Assembly (NCBI RefSeq): GCF_963921235.1 | Contig: NC_086108.1 | Coordinates: 93,374,001-93,438,000, forward strand | DNA: 64,000 nucleotides | Source: Mobula hypostoma | Taxonomy: Eukaryota | Direction: 5' to 3' | Part shown: positions 1 to 11,920 of the stretch, piece by piece | How the letters are laid out: each line of letters opens with the position of its first letter | Position numbering within the stretch: the first letter of the stretch is position 1 | The notes under the pieces: generated by a model | Told to the model about the DNA's origin: nothing | Databases searched by the model: none | What the model saw: the letters and a program-made list of their open reading frames with translations, nothing else | Program-made: the position numbers and the translations under genes

Positions 1-254
1 AATGGTACTCAAAACACAATGCAGCCAGTGAACGGCAGTTCTGTGGGCACAAACATTTTGTTAAGGAGAAAGTCCAGACTGGTTCAAGTTGACAGGAAGG
101 CAACATGAACTCAAAGAACCATGCATTACAACAATGGCATGCATAAGAATATCTCTGAACACACAGGTCGAACTTTGAGGTCGATGGGCTACAGCAGCAG
201 AAGACTATGAACATATACTCTGTGGCCACTTTATCATAATGCAGCCACTGAGTA
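1..254 (+). mobile_element. Non-autonomous Tc1 derivative, right part (same family as 8706 and 25086)
   Basis: Aligns by eye with 25440-25707; ends in a TIR-derived mini hairpin at 216-254. Confidence 0.75.
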
Positions 255-459
255 AATCCCTATAACTGGAGAAGAGAAATATGCATTGATTTATACTGGC
301 ATCAAAATCAGCACATCACAGGCTGAATGGCCTGTACAATGCTGTACTGTTCTATGTTCAGGTAGTGGTTGCAACACAAGCCTTAGGATAAATTATTAGT
401 GGTAAATGCATTGAACAGTGAAACTTCACTAAAACAATGAAAATAAATCCTAAATCAGG

Positions 460-1090
460 TGCTCCTGATGCAGCCTCCCCTACGTTGCTGAGACCTGACA
501 CAGATTGGGCGACTGCTCTGTCCAGCACCTTCACTCCTTTTGCAAAAAGCAGGATGTTCCGGTGGCTAACCATTTAGTTTCAATCCCCATTCCCATTCTG
601 ACATGTCAGTCCATGGCCTCCTCTACTGCCATGATGAGGCCATTCTTCAGGTTGGAGGAACAATACCTCATATTCCATCTGTGTAGCCTCCAGCCAGATG
701 GCATGAATATCGATTTCTACAACTTCTGGTAATTTTTCCACCTCCTTCCCACTTCTTCAATTCTCCATTTTTGCTCCCCTCTTACCTCTTCCCTTCTCCT
801 CACCTGCTTATTACCTCCCTCTGATGTCCCTCGCCCTTTCCTTTCTCTAGTCCACCCTCTCCCATCAGATTCCTTCACCTTTTTCACCTACCACCTTCCA
901 GTTTGCACTTCCTTGCCCTCCCACCACCTTCTTATTTTGGCTTCTTCCTCTTTCTTTTCAGTGCTGAAGGGTCCCGGCCCAAATCTGGACTGTTTATTCA
1001 ATTCCATAGATGTTGCCTGTCCTGCTGAGTTCCTCCAGCATTTTGTGTGTATTGCTCTGGATTTCCAGCATCTACAGAATCTCTTGTGTC
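460..1090 (+). mobile_element. Penelope-like element 3' fragment (GIY-YIG C-terminus, pyrimidine-rich UTR, decayed hammerhead tail)
   Basis: ORF 505..732 DVPVANH...RLEEQYLIFHLCSLQPDGMNIDF; tail gatgttgcctgtcctgctgagttcctccagcattttgtgtg shared with other PLE copies. Confidence 0.8.
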
Positions 1091-1537
1091 CTGAATTGCA
1101 TCATTTAGTTCACTGTTTACAATTTAGAAAAATTTGAATGCACAGTCTAAGAAAGTCTGACACACGATAATAAGACATGTTCATGAACTCATCTAAAGAT
1201 TAGGTTTATTTGTCAGGCGAGCATCATAACATACAGTGAAATTCCTCCAGCATTTTGGGTGTGTTGCTTTAGATTTCCAGCATCTGCAAACTTTCTGGTT
1301 TTAATTATATAGTGAAATTCGTTATTTGCATCAAATCAAATCAGCAAGGATTGTGGTAGGCAGCCGCAAGTATTATCACATTTTTGGCACAAAAAAACTC
1401 ATAGAAACTCAAAGGGTCACCGGGAGAGCATACAGGCTGCGGCAGGAATTGAATCCTGATCCATAATCACAGGTGCTATAAACTGATGCACTAACCTCTA
1501 TGCTACTGTCCAAGTCAACAGAAGAACATTAAGTAAG

Positions 1538-2782
1538 CTGGACAAAAAAGACACGTACGTTCGAATACCATTCATAGATTTCAGCTCAGCATTCAACACA
1601 ATCATTCCTCAGAAATTGATTGGAAAACTGAGCCTACTGGGCCTGAACACCTCCCTCTGCAACTGGATCCTAGACTTCCTGACTGGGAGACCTCAGTCAG
1701 TCCGGACTGGAAGCAGCATCTCCAACACCATCACACTGAGCATGGGGGCCCCCCAGGCCTGTGTGCTCAGTCCACTGCTGTTCACTCTGCTGACCCACAA
1801 CTGTGCTGCAATACACAACTCGAACCACATCATCAAATCCGCCGATGACATGACCGTGGTGGGTCTCATCAGCAAGAACGATGAGTCAGCATACAGAAAG
1901 GAGATGCAGCGGCTAATGGACTGGTGTAGAGCCAACAACCTGTCTCTGAATGTGAACAAAACAAAGGAGATAGTTGTTGACTTCAGGAGGACACGGAACG
2001 ACCACTCTCTGCTGAACATCAACGACTCCTCCGTAGTGATCGTTAAGAGCACCAAACTTCTTGGTGTTCACCTGACGGAGAATCTCACCTGGTCCCTCAA
2101 CACCAGCTCCATAGCAAAGAAAGCCCAGCAGCATCTCTACTTTCTGCGAAGACTGAGAAAAGTCCATCTCCCAACCCCCCATCCTCACCACATTCTACAG
2201 AGGTTGTATTGAGAGCATCCTGAGCAGCTGCATCACTGCCTGGTTTGGAAATTGCACCATCTCGGATTGCAAGATCCTGCAGTGGATAGTGAGGTCAGCT
2301 GAGAAGATCGTCGGGGTCTCTCTTCCCGCCATTAGAGACATTTACACCACACGCTGCATCCGTAAAGCAAACAGCATTATGAAGGATCCCACGCACCCCT
2401 CATACAAACTCTTCTCCCTCCTGCCATCTGGCAAAAGGCACCGAAGCATTTGTGCTTTCACGACCAGACTGTGCAACAGTTTCTTCCCCCAAGCCATCAG
2501 AGTCCTCAATACCCAGAGCCTGGACTGACAGCAACCTACTGCCCTCTACTGTGCATATTGTCTTGTTTATTATTTATTGTAATGCCTACACTGCTTTGTG
2601 CACTTTATGCAGTCCTGGGTAGGTCTGTAGTCTAGTGTAGTTTTGTGTTGTTTTACGTAGTTCAGTGTAGTTTTTGTATTGTTCATGTCGCACCATGGTC
2701 CTGAAAAACGTCTCGTTTTTACTGTGTACTGTACCAGCAGTTATGGTCGAAATGACAATAAAAGTGACTTGACTTGACTTGA
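1538..2782 (+). mobile_element. Rex1/Babar-type LINE, 5'-truncated, RT C-terminal half plus 3' UTR
   Basis: ORF 1616..2212 [38 protein letters not shown]; tail aataaaaagtgacttgacttgacttga. Confidence 0.85.
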
Positions 2783-4254
2783 TCAATCATTTCCACAAGA
2801 TGAAGGAAATGAACGGTGGCAAATGTAGGTGTTCAATATGTCATCCTCTGGCATTCGGTAGATAACAGTAAATGCATGAAACATCTTGTTTGTGCAATAT
2901 GAGACTGCGATGCAGGAGGACAGAACATCAAAGCAAAGATATTCACATCAAGAAGGGAAGAATTAAGTGAAGCAAATATAAGTTAATAAAATTCTCCCTT
3001 TAAATTCATTAAGGCATAGATTATCCATCAACAAAACACAGATAAGTAATAAATTTATAACCCTCTATCCATGCTGCTAGCCGACTTATGAGAATCCGGT
3101 TCTTGGATGATCAGTTTTCAGGCGGGAGGATGGGGAAGAAAGTCAAATTAATGCATTTGTACAAGATACTTAAATGTTCCTGAGAATTATCTAAAAGGCA
3201 AGCCAGTGTGGATTTCATAGACAAAGGCTGTTAGACATGGGAGAAGTAATGGAGATGATGTCAAACAATCCTAACGAAATCACAGATATTTCTTCCAAAG
3301 CTCATGTGGGAACAATTTAAGGCACAGAGGCTGGATATAGGCTGATCCCACTTCAGGTCATTTCCACAGAGATAATGAAATTAGTGGTGAGATTTCAGAT
3401 TTTTTTTAACCATGGATTTGGTCCTTGTGGCATTTTACTTTAAGGAGATTTAGATGCATCGAAGTGGTGGTGAGGGCTTTTGCTTGTGGAAACTGATGCT
3501 GTTTTCTTGAGAAACAACCTGGAGATAAGAGTTTGAAGTGGGCTACCAAAGGTATGGTGGGTTAGGGTTATTATGATGGGAGTGTTGAAAGAAAAACTGT
3601 GCAGTTAATTCTCTGATTGTGCAGAGTCCAGTCACACTCAGCTGGAGAAGATGGAGAGATGGTGCAGAAGAAGGTAATGCTTTGCCAACATGATGAAAAG
3701 CTACAGGCTAAAGAGGGAAACATTATCTGAGTTGTAAATGATGTCATCTGGAACTCTGATGCAAACCATTTACTACTGACACACTGCTGAAAACCTGATT
3801 GAACGGTTCAAACAAGGGAGACCTGGCTAATCCGATGGACATTCGTTTAAAGACTTTGAAGAAGAAATACAAGTTAGAAATAAGGCAGTAACTTGAAGAA
3901 TGAATGGGCTCTGGCAAAATTTTTTTAAAGAACATGGATGACAATGGCAGAAATGATGAAGTGGGAGACAGTACCTGAAAAAAGAGAACCATTAATATTA
4001 TGTGCTTACAAGTGAACTAGGGAGAGAAGATGGATGCTGGCAATTTAATGGGAATGAAGGGATGATTAAGGCTTTTAGGAAACAGAAGTTTAGCTTAATT
4101 GGGGCTGAAGAAAGGGGAAAGGCATGGGTAACTAACCAATGTTCTCAATCATAGTGACTGAAATCCCTTAACTTCTTGCATTTGATAGTGAACAGAAAGG
4201 GTTAAAGAAGACACTTGCAATAGTGCAAAGAATGCAAGGGCAATTTCTGCATTT

Positions 4255-4497
4255 GACAATAGACAATAGGTGCAGGAGTAGGCCATTTGGCCCTTCGAGC
4301 CAGCACCGCCATTCACTGTGATCATGGCTGATCATCCACCATCAGTATCCAGTTGCTGCCTTATCCCCATAACCTTTGATTCCACTATCTTTAAGAGCTC
4401 TATCCATCTCTTTCTTGAAAGCATCCAGAGACTTGGCCTCCACAGCCTTCTGGGGCAGAGCATTCCATATATCTACCACTCTCTGGGTGAAAAAGTA
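4255..4497 (-). mobile_element. CR1 LINE 3' end
   Basis: Reverse complement of the CR1 tail at 42680-42925 (gacaatagacaataggtgcagg). Confidence 0.85.
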
Positions 4498-5690
4498 ATT
4501 TGAAATTACTTTTGAAGAATGAAAATTCTTTTCACATGAGAAGAGAGCTCAATTGTTCTTTATTTGGTCAAGCCAGATTTTCTGGTGAATAAGTAAATCA
4601 GTTTTTCTTTCTTACCTATTCAAGTCTGACTCTTGGACAGGAAAAAGTAACCTTAAGTTTTTAACAACAAGAAGTGGCAGCATATAATAACAGGAGAATG
4701 ACCTTTAGAGGAATGACCTTTAAGGGTTGAATTAGTTAGACTTCTCTGACAAAACAAATTGTAATAACAACATGGGTTGAACTCACTCCACTATTTCTAA
4801 AGTAGGGGGAATTGTACCTCTTAAAGAAAAGGCACATCACGCCTACATATGGTGGCAGATCTCAGTGAGGGCTTCTCTGCAGATGTCTCATATACTGTTT
4901 TCACTGATTTCAGATGGGGGAAACTGCTAAATGACAATTCTGCACAGATACACTGCCCTTCTCCTCCTCTTCCAGCAAAGTTATCCTGATCTACACGGCC
5001 TTCGTCCATTCTCCTCTTTGTGTTGTATTTTAGATGTAACTGAGTTGAAGTAGAAAGATTCCCATGGACACCCATGTCTGGGCAAATGGTAGGTCCAGAA
5101 TACTTAGAATTCAGGGGCAAGTCCTGTAGCATCTAATACATCACTGTCTGTAGTCTTTAAGAAAGGCCAAGGAACTGCACAAAGCACCAAACACATGTAG
5201 AATAAACAACAATCTTGAAAGTAATTGCTGATCCTTTAAATACCACCTACAGGGGATCTTTCATTTCAGTGAATGCCTGGTCAGTCTTGCGTGACTGAAG
5301 GCGTTATCCACAGTGGCGAGCTCTAAGATGGCAGTGCTGACATAAAAAATGCACTGATGATGCTCAGCACCATAATCTGTCTACTCCTCATACTACGGAG
5401 TAGTACCTCAGTATTTCTGATACAACCACTTAAAAAAAATGTGCATATACTGGATGCCATTTTGGAGCTAAAACAACATGTCTGGCATGAAAATACACCG
5501 TGATATGAATGTCACACCCATACATTGTATACCTTTTCAAGGCTAAATTATAAACCAGCCAAAACGTAATGTTTTTTGATATTCAAGCATTTAAAAAAGG
5601 ATATATTTAAAATCATTATGGGACTGTTCTACATTTATTTCTGGTGATGCGAACTTTAGGAATGAAACAATATCTGAATATTGAACATAC

Positions 5691-5810
5691 AGCCATTCGT
5701 TGCTTTTCCCCTCCGCTGAGCACATCCATCCAGTCCTGAATGCAGTCCCATCCTCCCTCACGTTCCAGAATATGGCCAAGTTGAACATTGTCCAGATACT
5801 CCTTCAGAAC
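5691..5810 (-). CDS. ABCD3: ABCD3 exon 20 equivalent (120 nt), ABC signature
   Basis: [44 protein letters not shown] flanks. Confidence 0.97.
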
Positions 5811-6000
5811 CTATTGACAAATACAATCAAATTAGATCCACTAGTTATTAATTTCCATGAGAAACATCGCAGATGTACATGCAAATTATAAATAATTTAC
5901 TTCTAATTTTGAGTGCAATTCTGTGCCCTAATATATTTTATTAAACATGTATAACTTGATGACATTCCAAATAAAGAAAAAAAAATCTTTTTCATTAGAG

Positions 6001-6209
6001 CAAACAACAGGAATTCTGCAGATGCTGGAAATTCAAGCAACACACATAAAAGTTGCTGGTGAACACAGCAGGCCAGGCAGCATCTCTAGGAAGAGGTGCA
6101 GTCGACGTTTCAGGCCAAGACCCTTCGTCAGGCCTGAAACGTCGACTGCACCTCTTCCTAGAGATGCTGCCTGGCCTGCTGTGTTCACCAGCAACTTTTA
6201 TGTGTGTTG
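6001..6209. mobile_element. Short fold-back Penelope-like insertion with hammerhead core
   Basis: 82-bp perfect inverted arms 6035-6116/6131-6212; 14-bp direct repeat ctttttcattagag at 5987-6000 and 6210-6223. Confidence 0.88.
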
Positions 6210-6531
6210 CTTTTTCATTAGAGAACAGCTTAGTATGATTGAGAAGTTAAGAATAAAACAAAATGCTGATGCTTAAAGGCTGAAGGAAAAACAATATATA
6301 GTTGAAACACATCGGCATCTCTACAAAGAATAAACAAATTTAACACTTCAGGTCATGAACCCTTCATCAGAACCTCTTCTAGGTGTCTGATATCCACAGC
6401 CTACAGTACATTGTCTTCAATCCTTCATAATCCATCTTAATCCAACATTAATACGTGATACATAAAGACAATGGAAGCAAGACAGTAGGAGGAAAACAGC
6501 TAACATTATAATATAGTAATACTTGATATAC

Positions 6532-6621
6532 CAGATCAGATACTCCTTTCTGTCTCTGATCTTCCCGTGTGTCAGGGTAGATCACCTGATCTCTTAGAGT
6601 TCCAAGAGTCATATATGGTCG
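6532..6621 (-). CDS. ABCD3: ABCD3 exon 19 equivalent (90 nt)
   Basis: [34 protein letters not shown] flanks. Confidence 0.96.
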
Positions 6622-7237
6622 CTGCAAGATAAATAAATATTTGATGTTTTAAAATAAGAATCAAAATTGATTCATTCGAATCTTTACCAAACCAGTTTTT
6701 AGACAATAACACAGTAATTCATGATTCAAAAGTTACTTTAAAATATAACAACTTAGGTTTAAGTTTTATATTTTGTAGTTACATGCACACACTTCTCGAA
6801 CTTGATGATGAGTTCTGAACAATACATTAAAACATTTTAAACATATTACCTGAAACTTAATGCCAGATAACAAAGAAAACTTGAACTAATGAGGTGCATT
6901 TTTATTAATCTGTAACTTAATATTTGATTATCACATTATCATCTATAACTTATCATCCGCAACTTTCCGTAATATGTAAAAAAGCACTATAACATAGGCT
7001 AACTACAGTTAAAGTAGGCAAGATATAAAATATATGGCATTTACTTATAGCTTTTTATTTATGTTTCTCTGTCACTCTTTTTTATAGAGGATCTGTTTAT
7101 TTTATCAAAATGAGACATACATGACCAGTAGGATAGAAATCGATGATTAGAAATTTGTATTAAGTGACATCATGCTAATTCAGAGTGCAAGTTATCAGAT
7201 ATTATGTGCTATTTGATACTGAGCTGTTACTCTACTT

Positions 7238-7402
7238 CGGGGTGGCCAACCTTTTACATTCCATGCGTCAATTTTTTCACGCATGAGTTCTATACTAACA
7301 TATTTTTACAAGAATTGAATAGGGGTACAAGAGTTGTATGGTGCAATTGAACTTGTGAGTGAAAAAACTGACGCATAGAACGTAAAAGGTTGGCCACCCC
7401 TG
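7238..7402. mobile_element. hAT-type MITE (165 bp)
   Basis: TIR c(a)ggggtggccaaccttttac..; perfect 8-bp TSD ctctactt at 7230-7237 and 7403-7410. Confidence 0.88.
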
Positions 7403-8563
7403 CTCTACTTGATGCTAGTCGAGTGAATTGGTTAGACGTTAGGTACCACTGGTTCTGAAGACACAAGATAAGCACAGTAAGTAGTTTAAAGTACACTATT
7501 TTATGAAACAACAGTCATCAGCTCTGAACTATGTTAAACTATTGTTCACAAATAATTCAAATTATTTTGATTTGAATCTGAAAACTCAATGCTAACTGGT
7601 GAAAATAACAAAATACTAAGTGCATTGTTTTCATTATCCTGTACAATGAATTTTTAGAGATTCTGATACTTTCACTCAACAATCTCTGCCATGCACTTGA
7701 ATATTTGACTAAAATTTGCTAAGCTTAAATCGCAATTCATGTTGACTTTTGGATCCACCCATTTATGGAAAATTATGGAACACCTGCATAGCACAATTAG
7801 ATGAAACTCAGTCCTGATGTTTAAAATTTTGACTCAACAATTCCTGATGTTTAAAATTTTGACTTTCATTTAAAGTTGATCACGTATTCTTTCTGAAATA
7901 AACAGAAATTGGCAGAGATTTGAGGATTCGAAGTGCAAACCTTGAAAGATTATGAAACATAACAGGGAGCCTTGTGTCAAGATAGGAAATATTGTTTTGG
8001 TTCTGTGGAGCCAATGGAGGAATGCCAGAAAAAAAATCCAGTAAATTGTGACAACTGCTCATACCACAGTTGGAGTGTTACCACAACCTGCAGCTTTGCC
8101 TTTGAAAAAACTTCAGACATTGTGAGCGCACCATCTTTCCTTTATTTCCTGGGCTAATCATTTGCAGTTGTCTGCATCAGAACATCAATGATTCTCCTTT
8201 ATGTTCAGCAGCAATTCTGACATTTTGAAAAAAAACATGAAGCAGGCCAAAGAGAACATGGAAATATTTCACCTCCATTTACTATCATTAAGAGACAAAA
8301 GCCTTTGGAGATATTTTCAAGGATCAAGAACTCATCCTTAAATATCATTTGAAATGAATGACCAGAATGTTACGCAAAATTAGTTTTTTAAATTTGTATT
8401 TAAGAATAATTATACTAATAAAATCTGAAGGGCAACAGTATTACGTACATTGTAAGAGGTGACAGGTCAATAATCTACTGAGCTGGATGGAAATTATTCC
8501 GAGAAAGCAAAAGATCTACATAGTTAAAATGTGCCAAGATTGAAAAGAATAAGTCAGTCCTAC

Positions 8564-8629
8564 CTGAGGTACATAAAACAGCTTCCCTCTGTCTGGTTTT
8601 GTTAGACGTCCTCCGAAAAGAGGCCATAG
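8564..8629 (-). CDS. ABCD3: ABCD3 exon 18 equivalent (66 nt)
   Basis: LWPLFGGRLTKPDRGKLFYVPQ (Q-loop); AG/GT flanks. Confidence 0.96.
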
Positions 8630-8705
8630 CTATCAAAATGAAAAATGATAGTTCAATTTACCAACTTATTGCTACTTGGAAACAGATGTTTTAACATTCA
8701 ATATA

Positions 8706-9269
8706 CACTCAATGGGCCACTTTATTAGGTACACAGGTTCCTAACAAAGTGGCCACTAAGTGTACGTTCGTGGACTTATTTGTTGTAGCTTAGCCACTTC
8801 AAGGTTTGATATGATGTGAGTTCAGAGATGCTCTCCTACACACCACTGTTGTAACGAGTGGTTATTTGAGGTACTGTTACCTTCCTGTCAGCTTGAACCT
8901 GTCTAGCCATTCTCCTCTGACCTCTCACATTAACAAGTCGCTTTCACCCACAGAAATGCTGCTTACAAGGCTGTTTATTTTTGTTTTTTGCACCATTCTT
9001 GGTAAACTCTAGAGACTGTTATGTATGAAAATCCCAGGAGATCAGCAGTTTCTGAGATACTCAAACCATGGTCAACAATCATTCCATGGTCAAAGTCACT
9101 TAGATCACATTTTCTTCCCCATTCTGATGTTTGAACTGAACAATAACTTAACCTCTTGATCATGCCTGCATGTTTTTATGCATTGAGTTGTTGCTGCATG
9201 ATTGGCTGATAAGATATTTGCATTAACGACTAGGGGTACAGGTATACCTAATAAAGTGGCCACTGAGTA
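8706..9269 (-). mobile_element. Non-autonomous Tc1 derivative retaining the N-terminal HTH region
   Basis: TA-flanked TIR CACTCAGTGGCCACTTTATTAGGTA; ORF 8975..9163 KCDLSDFDHGMIV..SISETADLLGFS..VSRVYQEW. Confidence 0.85.
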
Positions 9270-9287
9270 TATATTATCTGCACTTAC

Positions 9288-9365
9288 CTCTCCTAAGCAA
9301 CGGAAGAGTGAGCTCTTTCCACACCCATTTGGTCCACAGACGAGAACATTTGCTCCTGACTTGAC
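9288..9365 (-). CDS. ABCD3: ABCD3 exon 17 equivalent (78 nt), Walker A
   Basis: VKSGANVLVCGPNGCGKSSLFRCLGE, also in ORF 9105..9395; AG/GT flanks. Confidence 0.97.
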
Positions 9366-9461
9366 CTGAACAATAATAGTTAATAGAAATTGCACTTAAA
9401 AGCAGTTCATAGAAGCATTTGTATAGTCCATCTGAGTACAACTCTAGTTACTTTTCACAAT

Positions 9462-9832
9462 ATTTGTCCTTCCCAGGTTACACACGCCTGACTTATCAAC
9501 TCTCTGTACATATGAATGAGCACTTGGGAGACCAGTGGGAGGAATTTGCTGGCTGTTGCAGGCACTTTCTGACAGTGGGAATGGGGGATTTCTGGGTGGC
9601 TTTGCTCCCCATACCTAGCTTTCCAGAACCACCACAAACGGAACGTCAAGTCAAGCCGGAAGAGCTCAAAGCTGAACAGACCCGAGTCAGTGAAGCCAGC
9701 TCTTCCTACTCCTATCACTGTTTCTGCTCTCCTCTCCCATACACTGACTTCTGTTCATTTCCAATTTGCGAACAGTTCAGGTTACAAACAGTTCTCAGAG
9801 CCAGAACCCTTTCACGACCTGGAAATCCCTGT
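9462..9832. mobile_element. Probable old Tigger/pogo-like MITE
   Basis: Ends (cccaggttacacacgcctgacttat ... gttacaaacagttctcagagccagaacc..acctggaaatccctg) resemble Tigger termini; degraded. Confidence 0.4.
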
Positions 9833-10305
9833 GGAATGATTCCTTAAAAATTATGACATTTTCAAATTTAAATTTTCAACATGTACTTGAAATTTCAAAC
9901 AATTCTACTGCCAAAGAACAGGACTTAAACAACTGATTAGTTTAGAGACAACAGTTTACAACTACAGATTTATGTAACTTATTATGCAACATGTTGTTTG
10001 TTCTGCATTTATTTCCTGGCTAATAACTAGCCCTTTATGCTCTTTCTCAATGCAATTATTCTTTCTTTCACTAGCATGACATGTGTGACCTGTCCACCCA
10101 TCCCCTTAATTATTTTCAACAATAATTGTTGATTTTCACTCCATCTGCCAATATGACTGCATAGTATGTTTGTGTAAGTCAGACAGCAGACCAAGTATTA
10201 GAAGGTTTAGACTGGTCCCAGTTTAAATGAAAAGGACTAAAGAACACAGTGACAGAAAGGTAACATAGCACAATGAAGGGAAAGTATAACAGATATATTC
10301 TTTAC

Positions 10306-10369
10306 CTCAAAAGAAAGATCTGGAATCAAGACATCTCCATTTGGAGTCACCAATGGCACATGCTCAAAT
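10306..10369 (-). CDS. ABCD3: ABCD3 exon 16 equivalent (64 nt)
   Basis: FEHVPLVTPNGDVLIPDLSFE; AG/GT flanks. Confidence 0.95.
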
Positions 10370-10707
10370 CTGACAAGAAAAATCATTTCAGTTTACCATT
10401 AAATGGTAAAGGAAAACCAGAGAAGCCAAAAAAAAAATTATTTTTGATCAACCTTCTCTGCCTCAATATCGTGCAAACTTCAACAATATCAACAAGCCTA
10501 GAGACTTCAAGAAGGTTATGTTCCTGGTGGAAAAAAATATTTAGGTCTGTATATTTGTAAATGAGGTGTAGATTAAAGGATTTCCACAAGCAAATGTATA
10601 AAACAACTGTTAATAACCAAGTGGAAAAAGGCCAGTATTGGTCTGAAGTGGTGAGTGGTTAAATTTGTACTGTTGTCTACAAATTAAGTATACAGCTTTA
10701 CACTTAC

Positions 10708-10771
10708 TTGATAATATGATCCATAATAATGATTTCCCCACTCCCTGGTATCAAAGGCTGACTTTCTGAAC
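10708..10771 (-). CDS. ABCD3: ABCD3 exon 15 equivalent (64 nt; acceptor could be 6 nt further in)
   Basis: GSESQPLIPGSGEIIIMDHIIK; donor GTAAGT clear, two in-frame AG acceptors. Confidence 0.85.
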
Positions 10772-11298
10772 CTTAATAGGAAAATTAGAGATTGTGTATA
10801 AACTTTATGTGACTAAATACAATATATCTTGCAAGTGCATATTTCAGGGAAAATACATGGAAGAATTAGGGTACTTTGCGTTCCTCTCCGAGAATCAGCA
10901 ACTTATATGGTTCTAGAGGGGTCAGCGGTGACTTATACTTGGCGCAAGAGGTCATTGTACGCAAAATGGCAGTGGGGAGACTGTTCCCCTGTGGAAGCTG
11001 ATCTCTTCCTTGCCTGGTGTTTATAAAGAAACACATTCTTTGGCAGCAATTGTAGTATTACAAACAGAAATGTAAACCTTAGCTAATTGTTTCTTTCCCC
11101 AAGACTGAAAAGTTACCAAAGCCACCATGGTTAGTCTCAGCCAATAGAGCGTAGATCAGGTATCCAGAACCACAGAGTTCTCAAATACTAATCACGCAAA
11201 TCAAACTACAAAGCTAATTACAGGGTATAGTTCATACCCAAGGATAAGTTTACATAAACCGGTTCTCCAGGAAATTCTCTACCTGCTGCATTACTTAC

Positions 11299-11390
11299 CC
11301 TTATCCTGTGTAGAAACCATTGTGCGTTCATACTTTCCACAATTCAGATCTTTCAAAACTTGCATTAATTCTGTGATTCGAGCTGTGAAA
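11299..11390 (-). CDS. ABCD3: ABCD3 exon 14 equivalent (92 nt)
   Basis: FTARITELMQVLKDLNCGKYERTMVSTQDK; AG/GT flanks. Confidence 0.95.
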
Positions 11391-11920
11391 CTAAAATGAA
11401 TTCAGAACAAGTTTTAAAGATTTGGTGAGATTTTTACAGGGACCTAAAAGCTGCCAGGAATAAAAATGTGAAAGCGGAACTAGTATTATTAAATATAAAA
11501 TACAAGATTATTACCAGTCCCAGGGGAAAAAATCCTCAATCCAATGCACTTCATTTAGAGTACATTTTAGTATTTGACCAGCAGTCTTGTTTATTAACAC
11601 TAACGGAAGAAAACAGCACACCAAAAAGTGGAGAGTCTGGACCTCTTATATCAACATTTCTAGTCTGATTTCTAATCTAGACTGATAGCTAGAAACTTAC
11701 TCTTGTAAGTGTTTTCATACAACGTTTTCCACTACCTGTATGATACTTAGTGAACCTGGTGTTGGACAATGAACTTGAAAATGATGTTCATTAGATCTCT
11801 GAAGGTGGAAGCACAGATAGGTAAAATGGTGAAAAAGACATACGGATCTTGTGCAGGATTCCTTAAAGGTTAACTTTCGAATTGAGTGGGTAATAAGGCA
11901 GGCAAACAGAACATTAGCAC

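Noticed and set aside
1195..1510. Decayed SINE-like segment with a 60-bp PLE tail inserted (TSD-like ataYagtgaaattc)
   Set aside because: Plausible, but promoter boxes are too eroded to support a call
3000..4250. Possible very old LINE relics (also about 47200-48450 and 49190-50290)
   Set aside because: Too degraded to assign family or boundaries without an alignment
4821..5132. 103-aa minus-strand ORF in apparently unique sequence
   Set aside because: No recognisable domain or clear splice context; expected by chance
1..5690. ABCD3 exons 21-23 (MARLFYHKPQFAILDECTS, Walker B)
   Set aside because: No matching codons found by eye on the minus strand; presumably left of the window
7813..7865. 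Repeat-spacer-repeat (cctgatgtttaaaattttgact twice); similar pairs near 4697 and 55478
   Set aside because: Only two units; ordinary micro tandem duplications, not CRISPR-like arrays
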